Shown one piece after another: positions 39,221 through 49,955 of a stretch of 64,000 nt of DNA (within the stretch, counting starts at the first letter, position 1; every line of letters starts with the position of its first letter). The stretch is from Leeia speluncae. Lineage in GTDB: Bacteria > Pseudomonadota > Gammaproteobacteria > Burkholderiales > Leeiaceae. The position numbers were made by a program, and so were the translations under genes. The stretch is taken from positions 387,141 to 451,140 of the forward strand of contig NZ_JAJBZT010000002.1 of assembly GCF_020564625.1 (NCBI RefSeq), given 5' to 3'. A model generated the notes under the pieces. The model saw nothing but the letters and a program-made list of their open reading frames with translations, made no database searches and was not told the DNA's origin.

Positions 39221-39702
39221 GTGAAAACAACGACTTGCAGTATCCATTCTCACTGAATGCAGAAGCGATTCGCGAGTTGTTGCCTCATCGTGGTTGTATT
39301 GTGGCGTATGATAGTTTGACCATTGAAGGGCCGCATACCTTTGTTGGAAAAGCCAGATGGGATCGTCAGAATCCAATTATTGAAGGCCACTTCCCAACGC
39401 TTCCGATTGTGCCGGGTGTCATGCTCATTGAAGCACTCGCCCAGCTTGCTGGCGCAGGTTTATTGGCGGGCGACCCTTATGTACGAAGCCTACCTAAAGA
39501 CCAATTAGGGATGTTGGCCGGTACACGAAACTGCTGGTTTAAAGCACCTGTCAGGCCAGAAGAGGAAGTCGTCTTTCATATTCAATGTAGGCAGTTTGCC
39601 GAACGAATCACACTCGCAGCAGCAACAGTCAAAGTGGGCGACGTAGAAGTCGCAAAGCTAGAGATTTCGATAGCATATGCGGAAACCCCTGCGCTCGCAT
39701 AA
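39217..39702 (+). CDS. FabA/FabZ-like hot-dog 3-hydroxyacyl-ACP dehydratase
   Basis: HFP...PGVMLIEALAQ motif. The start overlaps the KAS stop. Confidence 0.75.
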   Translation: MSENNDLQYPFSLNAEAIRELLPHRGCIVAYDSLTIEGPHTFVGKARWDRQNPIIEGHFPTLPIVPGVMLIEALAQLAGAGLLAGDPYVRSLPKDQLGMLAGTRNCWFKAPVRPEEEVVFHIQCRQFAERITLAAATVKVGDVEVAKLEISIAYAETPALA

Positions 39703-39764
39703 ACCAAAACACCACTCCCCAATGCCGACATTTGCGTGGGCATGGGGCAGCAGAAGGTTGATGA

Positions 39765-40490
39765 TTAAATCATCCCACCATTCACAGAAATCACCTGACC
39801 AGTAATATAAGCGGCTTCTTCAGAAGCCAGAAAACCGACCAAACTAGCCACTTCTTCTGGGCGGCCGGCTCGCTGTACCGGCACCATTTGTTTGATCATG
39901 TCTTTATCAAACACATCTTTCGTCATGTCCGATTCAATAATCCCCGGTGCAACGGCATTCACCGTAATGCCTCGGCTAGCCACTTCCATTGCTAGCGATT
40001 TGGTCGCACCATGTAGCCCCGCTTTAGCTGCCGCGTAGTTGGTCTGACCACGGTTCCCCGCAATCGCCGCCACAGAAGAAATATTGATAATGCGACCCCA
40101 ACGGGTGCGAATCATCGGCATCATTAAGGGTTGGGTCACATGGAAAAAGCCATTGAGTGAGACATTAATCACCTTGTGCCATTGCTCGCTAGATAAACCG
40201 GGGAACACCGCATCGTCATGAATACCCGCATTATTCACGACAACCTGAATCGGGCCATTTTCTAGCAAAGCCTCTAGTGCGGTGCGTGTAGCGGCTTCAT
40301 TGGCAATATCAAACTGGATAACGTCTGCTGCACCACCCGCGGCGGTAATGTCAGCGGCTAATGCATCCGCCCGGTCTCGCTGGCGATTCGCATGAATCAC
40401 CACGTGAAACCCCATACTGGCTAACTTTTGGCAAACCGCCGCGCCAATTGCCCCACTACCACCCGTGACTAACGCTTTTTTCAATTCCAA
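39765..40490 (-). CDS. fabG: 3-oxoacyl-ACP reductase (SDR family, FabG-like)
   Basis: TGGSGAIG cofactor motif with a YxxxK catalytic pair (YAAAK). Confidence 0.85.
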   Translation of the reverse strand: MELKKALVTGGSGAIGAAVCQKLASMGFHVVIHANRQRDRADALAADITAAGGAADVIQFDIANEAATRTALEALLENGPIQVVVNNAGIHDDAVFPGLSSEQWHKVINVSLNGFFHVTQPLMMPMIRTRWGRIINISSVAAIAGNRGQTNYAAAKAGLHGATKSLAMEVASRGITVNAVAPGIIESDMTKDVFDKDMIKQMVPVQRAGRPEEVASLVGFLASEEAAYITGQVISVNGGMI

Positions 40491-40496
40491 ACCCTT

Positions 40497-40958
40497 TTAC
40501 ATCGCTAACGAGCGAATATCCAAGACCGCACTTAGGCGGCCTTCCGCCAATAACACTTCATTTGCATGGGCGGTAAATTCATACATCACCATCGATTGAT
40601 CGCCCGATAAGCGGGTCGCACGAATTTGCATCGACACGCCTAGCGTATCTAGTCGGTCGCAATACCATTTCACTTGCCGAATACTGGTGAGATACCCCGC
40701 CGCCGGTGCAGACGCTCCCGCCGCCAGCAATCCACCATGTACGGCCATCGCTTGCGCTGCATATTCAATAATCGCCGATACACCCAACCGGCCTTCCGCT
40801 GTTAACGGATGATCACTCGTTAAATGCGAGGTTGCCGAACAGACAATCTCATCTGCACTCCACGCTTCCACCTTATCCAGCAAACACATAGTGCCTTTAT
40901 GAGGAATCCGTTGCTGAATCTCTTCATGGCTTAGCTGCGTTGGGAGGCTCATAGGCAA
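40497..40958 (-). CDS. Hot-dog fold dehydratase/thioesterase-like protein
   Basis: 153-aa hot-dog protein within the fatty-acid-like cluster. Confidence 0.55.
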   Translation of the reverse strand: MPMSLPTQLSHEEIQQRIPHKGTMCLLDKVEAWSADEIVCSATSHLTSDHPLTAEGRLGVSAIIEYAAQAMAVHGGLLAAGASAPAAGYLTSIRQVKWYCDRLDTLGVSMQIRATRLSGDQSMVMYEFTAHANEVLLAEGRLSAVLDIRSLAM

Positions 40959-41740
40959 GTCACCTCAATGGCTAATTGCGATGGCGCTAGATAATCCACC
41001 ACTACTCGCCCAGCAGTCTGATTTGCTAATAAAGCTAACATCGGTAAAGCTCGCGCTGCCGGCACCATTAGGCGTAACGCTTCTAACGCCGCATCTTCCA
41101 TCTGGGCGCTCGCCTCATCGGTTAATGCAAAACGCACAGATGCTAAAGATTGGGCGGTTTGTACCGGACTAAATACCATTCCCACCCCAAACGGATAAGG
41201 AATCGGACGAATCGCATTTAATGGGTCTGGATAGGCAGAATCAAACGCAATTAAGAGGACTGGTTTGTCTAAAGACACCACCAAAGGCAATGCTTCTAAT
41301 AGCCCCGCCCCGAAGGTCGCATCATACGCACACAAGCTTGTCGACGTTTCCATGCTCTTAGCCCCAATCGACCAATAGCCAGCGGCGGCATTGTGCACCG
41401 AATTATGAAAGCGGGTCGGTGAAATCGAGCGATCATCTGACGCTAGGGTTTCTAAAATTTGGTGACAATTTTCACAATCGCCACCAGTAGAAACAAACAC
41501 CGATGGCAACGCGGCTAGCGCGATACCTGCTTTTTCTGCCGCTTCGACGCCTAGCGCCATGGATAAGCGAGTTGCCGTGCCGGTTCGACGACGTTCTGTT
41601 GGCGGCAGCAAGGCAGCAGGCGGTAAGGCAACATCGGCTAACACAAGAGGCGTTTCCCCGCGTAACACGCTAGTCGCCGTTTCCCAGTTAGGTAAACCAG
41701 GGCCAATCACGCTAACACTTTCTAAAAACACTTGGCGCAT
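40949..41740 (-). CDS. Ketosynthase-like chain-length-factor-type protein (KS fold without canonical active-site Cys context)
   Basis: N-terminal KS-like sequence (VSVIGPGLPNW), truncated relative to a KAS. It is paired with the KAS encoded immediately downstream (41745..42935). Confidence 0.55.
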   Translation of the reverse strand: MRQVFLESVSVIGPGLPNWETATSVLRGETPLVLADVALPPAALLPPTERRRTGTATRLSMALGVEAAEKAGIALAALPSVFVSTGGDCENCHQILETLASDDRSISPTRFHNSVHNAAAGYWSIGAKSMETSTSLCAYDATFGAGLLEALPLVVSLDKPVLLIAFDSAYPDPLNAIRPIPYPFGVGMVFSPVQTAQSLASVRFALTDEASAQMEDAALEALRLMVPAARALPMLALLANQTAGRVVVDYLAPSQLAIEVTCL

Positions 41741-41744
41741 CGGT

Positions 41745-42935
41745 TTATCCCTTAGAGAAAATCAAACTACAGTTACTACCACCAAAACCAAATGAATTGG
41801 TCAGTACATGCTGGATATTCGCTACCTGATTATCGAGCAAATAATGGCAAGCAATGTCTGGATCTAATTCCGTTGTGCCAACGCCAGCCGGTAGAAAACC
41901 CTCGGTAAGCGCAATCGCACTAAAAATGGCCTCTAAGCCACCGGCCGCACCCAGAGTGTGTCCGGTATGGCCTTTGGTCGAACTACACGGTGTATTCTTG
42001 CCAAACAACGCCGTCACAGCTTTACCTTCGGCAGCATCATTACTTGGGGTGGCCGTACCATGTAGGTTAATGTAGCCAATCTCTGCAGGCGTTAAGCCTG
42101 CCATGCTGAGTGCCGCACGCATTGCCTGCTGAGCGCCTAATCCTTCCGGGTGCGGGGACGACATATGATGCGCGTCGCTAGTTTCCCCATAGCCAGTTAG
42201 ATAAATCCCCTGTTTCACGTCCGCCCGCTCAGGTTGCTCTAATAAGGCAAACGCTGCGCCTTCCCCAATGGAAATGCCATTTCTGGCAACGTCATAGGGT
42301 TTACACGGGGCGACTGATACCAATTGCAGCGATGAAAAACCATAAATCGTCGTTAGACACAAACTATCCACGCCACCCACAATGGCGGCATCTGCTAATC
42401 CACATTCAATGAGTCGTTCAGCGGCGGCAAATACTTTTGCACTAGAAGAGCACGCGGTAGAGACAACGTTCGCAATCCCGGTTAGGCCAAAATAGGTACG
42501 CACAAAATCAGCCAAGGAGTAGGTATTTTGTGTTTGGCGATAACGATGCCCAACGGGTAACGCCCCTGTTTCCGGATCTCGCTCACGATAAGCTACTTCG
42601 GTGCTTAAAATTCCGGAAGTACTCGTACCGAGTAAGACCGCAACACGGTTGGGGCCGTATTTGGTAATCGCGTGAAGCACCGCCGTTTCAAAGCCATCTT
42701 GCTGTAAGGCTAAGTAAGCCAATTGATTATTGCGGCAATCAAAATGCTTCACGGCGTCTGGTAGCACCACCTCATCAACACCCGCTACTTCACCTGTGCA
42801 GAACTCGAAAGAAACGGTTTCCCATGATTTCTTCACAATGCCACTTTGCTTGGCTTTTAACGCGGCGATCTGTTCAGCTAAACCGACCCCCAGTGCAGAA
42901 GTTGCGGTATAAGAAGACATCAACAAAGGTTTCAT
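41745..42935 (-). CDS. Beta-ketoacyl-ACP synthase
   Basis: KS motifs VSTACSSS and HGTATPSND, GHTLGAAG. Confidence 0.85.
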   Translation of the reverse strand: MKPLLMSSYTATSALGVGLAEQIAALKAKQSGIVKKSWETVSFEFCTGEVAGVDEVVLPDAVKHFDCRNNQLAYLALQQDGFETAVLHAITKYGPNRVAVLLGTSTSGILSTEVAYRERDPETGALPVGHRYRQTQNTYSLADFVRTYFGLTGIANVVSTACSSSAKVFAAAERLIECGLADAAIVGGVDSLCLTTIYGFSSLQLVSVAPCKPYDVARNGISIGEGAAFALLEQPERADVKQGIYLTGYGETSDAHHMSSPHPEGLGAQQAMRAALSMAGLTPAEIGYINLHGTATPSNDAAEGKAVTALFGKNTPCSSTKGHTGHTLGAAGGLEAIFSAIALTEGFLPAGVGTTELDPDIACHYLLDNQVANIQHVLTNSFGFGGSNCSLIFSKG

Positions 42936-42963
42936 GGTGTCAGCACTCAGTTAAAACTTGGAT

Positions 42964-43788
42964 TTAGGAAGACAGTTGTTCATCTGCCTTAGCGGCGATT
43001 TCAAACGCCTCTGCTAAGGTGCAAAAGGTAAACCCTTTCGCATGAACCGATTCAATCAGGGATGGTAACACGCTCAAGATCACCGGCGAGCCATTCGCAT
43101 CATTTGCTGCATGGCCATCGTGCATAAGCAGGATTTCGCCAGAGACCAAATCACGGGTTAATTTATCTAGTACCACGGTAGGATTTTTTTCACGGGTATC
43201 ATACGCACGGCGCGACCAAGTAACTTGTTTCACCGATAAACGTTGTAGCACCGGGTCTAAAAAAGGGTTTCTTAAACCAGCCATTGGGCGATAAAGCGTC
43301 GGTCGAATCGCGGTCTGACGAAAAATTGCGTCTGCGCCTTGCTGAATTTCAGCCTTCCAACCTGCGAGCCCCGAGCACGGATTACTCACCCGATGCGCGT
43401 AGCCATGATTTTCTACTTGATGTCCTTCCGATTGAATTTGCCGCACCACTTCCGGATACTGCTCTACTCGCCGGCCAATACAAAAGAACGTCACTTTTAC
43501 TTGGTACTTTGCCAAAATCTGCAAAATCTGCGGCGTTAGCCTAGGATCTGGCCCATCGTCTAAGGTTAGACAAATTCGGCCGGGCAATTCCTCTGGCTCA
43601 AATTGAGTCAGGTTGTCGCCTAGTGCCTGAGACCTTGGCAACATGCCTAACAAGCCCACCAATACATGCAGCACCAGCAAAAAGAGAAGCACCACTAACC
43701 AATTTTCTGGCTGAAGCAATAGCCAAGTAATCGCTAGCACATGCAGACCAGCTACCATCACGATAAATTTACTTGGCTGCCATTTCAT
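42964..43788 (-). CDS. Polysaccharide deacetylase (NodB/CE4-like) with N-terminal TM
   Basis: CE4 motifs LTLDDGP and HGYAHR. The likely start is the Met at 43788, overlapping the upstream stop; the ORF track extends to 43866. Confidence 0.65.
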   Translation of the reverse strand: MKWQPSKFIVMVAGLHVLAITWLLLQPENWLVVLLFLLVLHVLVGLLGMLPRSQALGDNLTQFEPEELPGRICLTLDDGPDPRLTPQILQILAKYQVKVTFFCIGRRVEQYPEVVRQIQSEGHQVENHGYAHRVSNPCSGLAGWKAEIQQGADAIFRQTAIRPTLYRPMAGLRNPFLDPVLQRLSVKQVTWSRRAYDTREKNPTVVLDKLTRDLVSGEILLMHDGHAANDANGSPVILSVLPSLIESVHAKGFTFCTLAEAFEIAAKADEQLSS

Positions 43789-44423
43789 GGATGACTCGCT
43801 TGTGTGAATGGAGGTGTGAGTACGGTGTTTACCCATGCTAGCCACATTTGCTGCCAAACAGGCCACTCATGTTTACCCGGCAACCATTGGGCCTTCGTGT
43901 TGGGTAAATACTTTTCAAGCAACTGTTGCCCAGCAAGAAAACGGTCTTTCTCACTTAGCCATAAATCGATTGTTGGCTTTGCCAATAAGGGATTGCCCAA
44001 CCATCCCCACCAACGGCGCTCATCTGTGAGCGTGGTATCGGTTTGCCATTCTGCAGGGATACCTTGGTTATCTGTTATGGCACTCAGCACATCTGACGTC
44101 CCCGCATAGGGGGCAAATAACACCAATCGCTCCACTACAGTTGGGTAGCTCGCCGCAAATTGCAGCGCATTGAATGCCCCTAGCGATATGCCACCCAGCC
44201 AGATTCGCTCGTTCTCCTTTGGGGCAATCTGTTCGTGCAAATAGTTTGCTGCCGTGCCAGACATTACTTGTTCATAGCCAATATCAATGCACGACACCTC
44301 AATAGGCAACGATAAAGAAGCCACCAGCGTCAGAAACCCTTTTTCGACATAATCCTGACTCGTTGCCATCGCAGGCGGTAACAGGATCAGTCGAATCAGT
44401 GGATCGGCAAGGTGGTTGGTCAT
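43785..44423 (-). CDS. Alpha/beta-hydrolase-fold protein
   Basis: GxSxG nucleophile elbow (GISLG). Confidence 0.45.
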   Translation of the reverse strand: MTNHLADPLIRLILLPPAMATSQDYVEKGFLTLVASLSLPIEVSCIDIGYEQVMSGTAANYLHEQIAPKENERIWLGGISLGAFNALQFAASYPTVVERLVLFAPYAGTSDVLSAITDNQGIPAEWQTDTTLTDERRWWGWLGNPLLAKPTIDLWLSEKDRFLAGQQLLEKYLPNTKAQWLPGKHEWPVWQQMWLAWVNTVLTPPFTQASHP

Positions 44424-46753
44424 TCACTCGCCTTCACATAACGTTGGCGCACTAACATGGCAGCAAAGATCAACGCCAAGAATGTCCCAATCCCAACGGT
44501 AGACCCCATAAAGGATAATACCGGCACAGAAGAAGTACCCAACAAGCCAAAACTACAGACGGTGGCTAGGTTGGCTACCACCAAGGACACTTCCATTTTT
44601 TGGCGAGAGGCCAAATCTCTATCGGTTTCGTCTTCGGCAAAGAATAAAACGTAATTCGATCCAATCGCCACCAATAGCAGCAAACCAACCAAATGCAGAA
44701 TCGTCATTTGAATATGGAGCCACGCAAAAATCGCCATCACCACGACCACGGCACAAAGCAATGGGAAGCTAATTCGCCAAGCAGTCCGCCAGCCTTTGCT
44801 AAACACAAACAAGGCCACAATTGCCGCACTACCGACTAACGATAAGGTCATCGCTTCTTCGGTGTAACGGCCAAACACACCCGAAGTTTCTTCCACTACA
44901 TCTAGAACACTCACGCCTGCTAAACCTGCACGGTCTAACGATTGTTGGAAGGTATTGGTCACCAAACCATTTGCTAATGGTACCAAGGGCATCATCACCA
45001 AATAGTCATTCGCACGACGAATCAGCATCGAATCCAGCAACACGCCAGAAGCCGTTTTGGCCAAACCCGCCTTGGTAATCACGCCTTGTTGTTTCGCCGC
45101 AGTGACCGCAGTAACAAACCCTGTGAGCTTATCCGCACTCACCGGCATGCCAACTAAGGCGGCGTTTAAGTTTTTCACCAATGTGGCTTGGTCTGGGATC
45201 GCTGCTAAGCGTTTTTGTTGGGTCGCCACACTTGGCAAGATATTAGAAGGCGACTGAAAACCTTGAATCTGATTTGCCGCTACCAGTTGGTTGAGCACCC
45301 CGCTCACTGTTTCTGCTTTTTGAAGCGCAGCTTCTTGAGTAGGCGCATGGAAACTCACGATATACCGCATATCGGTATTGCCAAAATCCCCGCGCAATTT
45401 GGCATCTAACTGGCTTTGCGCAGCAGAAATAGTGCTTAGGCTACTTAACTGTCTACTCCATAGCCGCTGATGATTCATCAGTAGATACGTAAATGAAACC
45501 ACCAATAAGACAATCGGAACCCAGCGAATATGTCGCAGACCTTCAAACACATGGTCAAGTATCGTTGCTGTACCGGTTAAAGCAGGCATTTTTAACTGGG
45601 TAGGCATCAAGACAGGTAACACAAAGCGCGTCACCAATACCGCTACCAACAACCCGGCGATAGAGTACACACCTAGTTGCGATAAGCCCGGGAAGCTAGA
45701 CACCATTAAGACAGCAAACCCGGCGATAGACGCCAACACGCCTAGGCGAATCGTGCGCCAAAAGTAGGCTTTTTTCTCTTGTCCAGATTGGATAAACAGG
45801 TAAATCGAATAATCTACCGCTTCACCAATCAAGGTAGTACCAAAGCCTAACGTCAAACCATGCACATAGCCAAAGCCAATACTCACTGCGGCAATGCCTG
45901 CCAACGCGCCAGAAGCAACGGGTAACACACCCAACAGTAATAATCGGAAAGAACGGTACACCAGCAACAACAGCACAATCACAAGTACAGTGCCTAATGT
46001 CGCCAATCGCTCTACTTCAGACTTAATGGTGTCTCGAGAATACACAGAGAACACCGCGGTTCCCGTCATCACGAGTTTCAGTTGTGGCGTATGTTGGCTA
46101 GCCTTCGTAAACGCCGCACGGATGTCGTCTAGCGCCAAGGCTTGCTCATCGGTATTCAGGCCCGAGCTAGCCAATTGCGCCATTAATACCGCACGTTGGC
46201 CATCTTTAGACACCCACACATCGTCTTCCGTCCGTGGGCCGCCAGAAGACATAAATTGTTCTAGGATTTGTAACGTTTCGCCGGTTGGATCACTCGGCAA
46301 TAGCTTTTTGATCAGCAAGCCGCTATCGCCAGACATGGCAATCAGTAATTGCTGAATAGAGGCTTTGATGCCTGCTTCAGAAAAATGGTCTTTCTCTACC
46401 GCAGGGCTGAGTAAATATCGGTTCTTAAAGTAGTACGCCTGATCGGCCTGCATCGCGGCTGGATCACCGTTCTGCACCACCGAGAATAATGGGCGCTTGC
46501 TTAATTCTGCTTGTAACTGGCGAGAGGCATCTGCACGTTGCGTGGCATCGCCCCCTTCAATCCCAATCAGCACCAAGCGGGCAATCGCCCCTTCTTTTAA
46601 TTGCTCCACCAATATTTGCTGCTTCACATTGGGAGACTTCGGCAAAAAGGCCGATAGATCTGCCACGAAGTGCGTACGGAAAACCACCGCGACCGCTGCC
46701 GCAATGAACAACAACCAAGCCAGCAGAATATAACGGGTGGAACGCTTCACCAT
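44420..46753 (-). CDS. MMPL/RND-superfamily exporter
   Basis: 777 aa with 12 TM helices in two 6-TM bundles and large periplasmic loops, in the position of the APE-cluster exporter. Confidence 0.8.
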   Translation of the reverse strand: MVKRSTRYILLAWLLFIAAAVAVVFRTHFVADLSAFLPKSPNVKQQILVEQLKEGAIARLVLIGIEGGDATQRADASRQLQAELSKRPLFSVVQNGDPAAMQADQAYYFKNRYLLSPAVEKDHFSEAGIKASIQQLLIAMSGDSGLLIKKLLPSDPTGETLQILEQFMSSGGPRTEDDVWVSKDGQRAVLMAQLASSGLNTDEQALALDDIRAAFTKASQHTPQLKLVMTGTAVFSVYSRDTIKSEVERLATLGTVLVIVLLLLVYRSFRLLLLGVLPVASGALAGIAAVSIGFGYVHGLTLGFGTTLIGEAVDYSIYLFIQSGQEKKAYFWRTIRLGVLASIAGFAVLMVSSFPGLSQLGVYSIAGLLVAVLVTRFVLPVLMPTQLKMPALTGTATILDHVFEGLRHIRWVPIVLLVVSFTYLLMNHQRLWSRQLSSLSTISAAQSQLDAKLRGDFGNTDMRYIVSFHAPTQEAALQKAETVSGVLNQLVAANQIQGFQSPSNILPSVATQQKRLAAIPDQATLVKNLNAALVGMPVSADKLTGFVTAVTAAKQQGVITKAGLAKTASGVLLDSMLIRRANDYLVMMPLVPLANGLVTNTFQQSLDRAGLAGVSVLDVVEETSGVFGRYTEEAMTLSLVGSAAIVALFVFSKGWRTAWRISFPLLCAVVVVMAIFAWLHIQMTILHLVGLLLLVAIGSNYVLFFAEDETDRDLASRQKMEVSLVVANLATVCSFGLLGTSSVPVLSFMGSTVGIGTFLALIFAAMLVRQRYVKASE

Positions 46754-47403
46754 TATTTGCTGCTCGTTTCCGTAATCGTCATTTCAGAACGGTCACCATC
46801 TGCCTGCAAAAAGGTAATCATCTTGATTTGGGTTTTCGTCCCCTGAATACGAATCTGCGAAATCACTTTCTGCATTTTGCTTTGTGTCGGGGTAAGCGAA
46901 ATTTGCCATTGTTCTGGCTTACCATTAAGGACTATCGCGTAATATTTTTCTAAACCAGCCTTATCACCCGCCAACGTCGCACGGATACTTTCTACAAAAG
47001 CAGATACCTCTGGGCGATCAGACAATGAGACGTTCAGTTTTTTGCCATCCGCCCGCTCAACCATCAGTTTATCGCCTTGCAGAATCATGCTTTCGGCGGC
47101 CGGGCTGAGGGTACGTTTTTCCAAACGGTCTGGCGCGGTAAACGCCAATTGGCCTGTCGACTCTAATGGCTGGTTCAAGGTACTAATAAATTTCTTCTCG
47201 ACAAAGGTCGCCGTGCCCGCTTTTTTCTGGCTGAGGGACTGCATCAGATCATTCACGCCCCATTCGGCAGCCATGCTCGTCGCTGCGGCCACCAATAGAG
47301 AAATGCCTACACAGGCACGCGTCACTACAGACAATTTACGCATTTGTTGCATGCTCTTCCCAAAAATCATAATAATTAAACCAGTTATACGGGTAAGACT
47401 CAC
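46753..47403 (-). CDS. LolA-like outer-membrane lipoprotein-carrier-fold protein with signal peptide
   Basis: Signal peptide (LSVVTRACVGISLLVAAATSMA) and a LolA-like size and position next to the MMPL gene. The start may be the Met at 47352. Confidence 0.55.
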   Translation of the reverse strand: MSLTRITGLIIMIFGKSMQQMRKLSVVTRACVGISLLVAAATSMAAEWGVNDLMQSLSQKKAGTATFVEKKFISTLNQPLESTGQLAFTAPDRLEKRTLSPAAESMILQGDKLMVERADGKKLNVSLSDRPEVSAFVESIRATLAGDKAGLEKYYAIVLNGKPEQWQISLTPTQSKMQKVISQIRIQGTKTQIKMITFLQADGDRSEMTITETSSK

Positions 47404-48274
47404 AGAACCTTTCTAAGGTTTCCGCATACTGTTTGACCAACTTTTCCACTGCGGCTGCTCGGTCTTTTGGTTTGCCTTCCGCAAAGGAAGTAATTTCCTC
47501 AAATACAACCTCGTACCGATTCCCCCCCGCGTACAGCCCGGCCATAAAATAAAGCGGAAAACCCAGCATCACCGCCATGCGAAATGGCCCCGTTGGAAAT
47601 CTAGCCGTTTTACCTAAAAACTCGACTGCCACATATTCGTCTGGCCCCGATGCTCTATCGGCCAAAATCCCGACAAGGCGGTTTTCTTTAAGTCGCTGAT
47701 GGACGGTTAGCATCGCCTCTAGCGACCCTAATTCAATAATATCGCCCAAGCATTCGGGGTTCACCATCTTGAGTAGTGCATTAATCTGCTGCGCATTTTC
47801 GCTATACATCGCCATATTCATCCGCACGTCCGGATGTTTTCTAGCCACCGCTCTGAGCACCTCAAAACTACCCATGTGCGCACCAAATAGCAGCATTCCC
47901 TGTTGGCCGAGTTGCGAATTCACTGCTTCCGCGCCAGAAAATCCAATATCGAACAGCGAATACTTATCTTGCAAGAGATACAAACGATCATGAATGGTCG
48001 TTGCAAACACCAAGAAGTGCCGGTAACGATCACTTAACCGTGGTTTTCGCTTTAATGCCCTAGCCAAATAAGTAGCCGAGTGTTTTCTTGCCTTCGCAGA
48101 AAACACAAAAAAATACACCGCGATCAAATGCAAAATGAGGCGCGAGCCATTACGCCCTAAAAAATTAGACAACCCCAGCATGATGCGCAGCCAAAACATA
48201 GAGCCACGCTCTTTTTGCTGCATCCATTCTGGAGACGTGTTTTCAACCTCACTCATTATGCGGCATCTGCCCAA
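47336..48274 (-). CDS. LpxL/HtrB-family (lipid-A-type) acyltransferase
   Basis: About 300 aa with an N-terminal TM anchor and a lauroyl/myristoyl acyltransferase-like signature. Confidence 0.5.
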   Translation of the reverse strand: MGRCRIMSEVENTSPEWMQQKERGSMFWLRIMLGLSNFLGRNGSRLILHLIAVYFFVFSAKARKHSATYLARALKRKPRLSDRYRHFLVFATTIHDRLYLLQDKYSLFDIGFSGAEAVNSQLGQQGMLLFGAHMGSFEVLRAVARKHPDVRMNMAMYSENAQQINALLKMVNPECLGDIIELGSLEAMLTVHQRLKENRLVGILADRASGPDEYVAVEFLGKTARFPTGPFRMAVMLGFPLYFMAGLYAGGNRYEVVFEEITSFAEGKPKDRAAAVEKLVKQYAETLERFCESYPYNWFNYYDFWEEHATNA

Positions 48275-48573
48275 GCCAATTTGCCATCTGCCACTTTCCC
48301 TTCGGCATGGCGAATCAAAAACTTAACGCCACTTGCGTCTGGCGTTAACTCAATCGCTAATTGATCCCCCGGTAACACTGGCCGGTGAAACTTAGCGACC
48401 GATACCCCTGCGACCGCTCTCGCGATCTGCTTTTCTACAGCAAGCACGACAAAATCCAGCAACACCACACCGGGTAATACAGGCTGCCCCGGGAAATGCC
48501 CCGGAAACGCGGCGTGATCCATCGGCACCACGATGTCGCTAAACAAGACTTCACTCATGACGCGCTCCTGCAA
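48256..48573 (-). CDS. Hot-dog fold thioesterase/dehydratase
   Basis: HFPG.PVLPGV motif. Confidence 0.55.
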   Translation of the reverse strand: MQERVMSEVLFSDIVVPMDHAAFPGHFPGQPVLPGVVLLDFVVLAVEKQIARAVAGVSVAKFHRPVLPGDQLAIELTPDASGVKFLIRHAEGKVADGKLAWADAA

Positions 48574-49900
48574 AATGGGTAGTGATCATCGCTTGCAACG
48601 ACTTTGCCAACACCTTGCCATTTACATCTCTAGGAATATCATCCACCACAATAAAAGGTCTTGGTAAAAACACAGGGTCGATATATTGGCGCAACCCCAT
48701 CAAGACGTCAGCTTTATTTGCATTGGGCGCAAGTACCACAAAAGCCGCTAGTCGCTCGATTTCATCGTGTTCTTTTTTGGGGGGCACAAAGAAAACGCCA
48801 TCTTTTACCCCATCTACTCGCAGCAAAATGGTATTGAGGAAACTTAATGAGCTGCGTTTTCCTGCCACACTCACCAAATTACCTTTACGATCAATAAAGC
48901 GGAATTTATCTTCGCCCACCAACTCCACCACATCGTTAATGACTTGCGGGCGTTCAATCAGCAGACCCTCTGCCCAAGTATCTTCATCATTCTGTAAGAC
49001 ACGAATATGCGGTAAACACGTCCACAACGCATTTTCGGTTGCCCGGCGCGTTGCAATTTGTCCGGTTTCGGTCGAGCCATAAATTTCCCACACCGGTACC
49101 TGAAAACGCGCCTCCACGGCTTCTGCCAACTCCAGACTAAGTGGTGCAGTCGCAGACAAAATTAACGCCACTTCCGGTAACGCGGTGCCAGACTCTAGTA
49201 AATTGCGTAAGTGGTATGGCGTAGTCACCAGTAATCGCGGCGCAGGCATCTTGGCTAAGCACGCCGCAATATCCGCCGGGAAAAACGGCATTTCATCCAC
49301 CAACACACCGCCACCAAAGACCGACAATAACGCGCTGGACTCAAACCCATACATATGGCGAAATGGCGCAGTCCCGACAACCGAACACACACCACCGGCT
49401 GCCGCCCATAAGCGTTCTGCACTGCCTTCCATGCTATACACTAACCGACCAAACTGTTTGAAGTGGACCGTCGGCACGCCTGTAGAACCAGAGGTAAACA
49501 AGCAAGCAATGGTCTGATCAAATGGGATTAGCGGTGAATCACCCACCCAATCCGAAGACAAGGCATCTATATCTACCGACACAGAAGCTTGTGAAGGCAA
49601 CGGGTTCTCATCGGTACGAACCACCACAATATCGGGATATTGCTCAACAATCGCTTTTAAATGCTCTGGCGCCAACGAATTTGGCAAGACAGACAACAAC
49701 CCTTTACGCGTTGCGGCAAACAACGACACCAAAAAGGAGTAGCGATCCCCGCATAGGTTCATCAACACCCCATGGTTTGGCAACGCATCAGAAAATGACA
49801 TCACATGAGAGAGAAACTGTTGGCGACTAATGGTGCGATCTGCCAACAAGGCAAATGGCACATCGGCCAACGGATGAGGAACCAGCGGTAATTGCGTCAT
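48551..49900 (-). CDS. AMP-dependent synthetase/ligase (acyl-ACP synthetase-like)
   Basis: AMP-binding motif FTSGSTGVP. Confidence 0.8.
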   Translation of the reverse strand: MTQLPLVPHPLADVPFALLADRTISRQQFLSHVMSFSDALPNHGVLMNLCGDRYSFLVSLFAATRKGLLSVLPNSLAPEHLKAIVEQYPDIVVVRTDENPLPSQASVSVDIDALSSDWVGDSPLIPFDQTIACLFTSGSTGVPTVHFKQFGRLVYSMEGSAERLWAAAGGVCSVVGTAPFRHMYGFESSALLSVFGGGVLVDEMPFFPADIAACLAKMPAPRLLVTTPYHLRNLLESGTALPEVALILSATAPLSLELAEAVEARFQVPVWEIYGSTETGQIATRRATENALWTCLPHIRVLQNDEDTWAEGLLIERPQVINDVVELVGEDKFRFIDRKGNLVSVAGKRSSLSFLNTILLRVDGVKDGVFFVPPKKEHDEIERLAAFVVLAPNANKADVLMGLRQYIDPVFLPRPFIVVDDIPRDVNGKVLAKSLQAMITTHFAGARHE

Positions 49901-49955
49901 CGTGATATCAATGAGAAAAGGTTAAGGTTGCTTCGCTCGCCCACCAAACACCGGG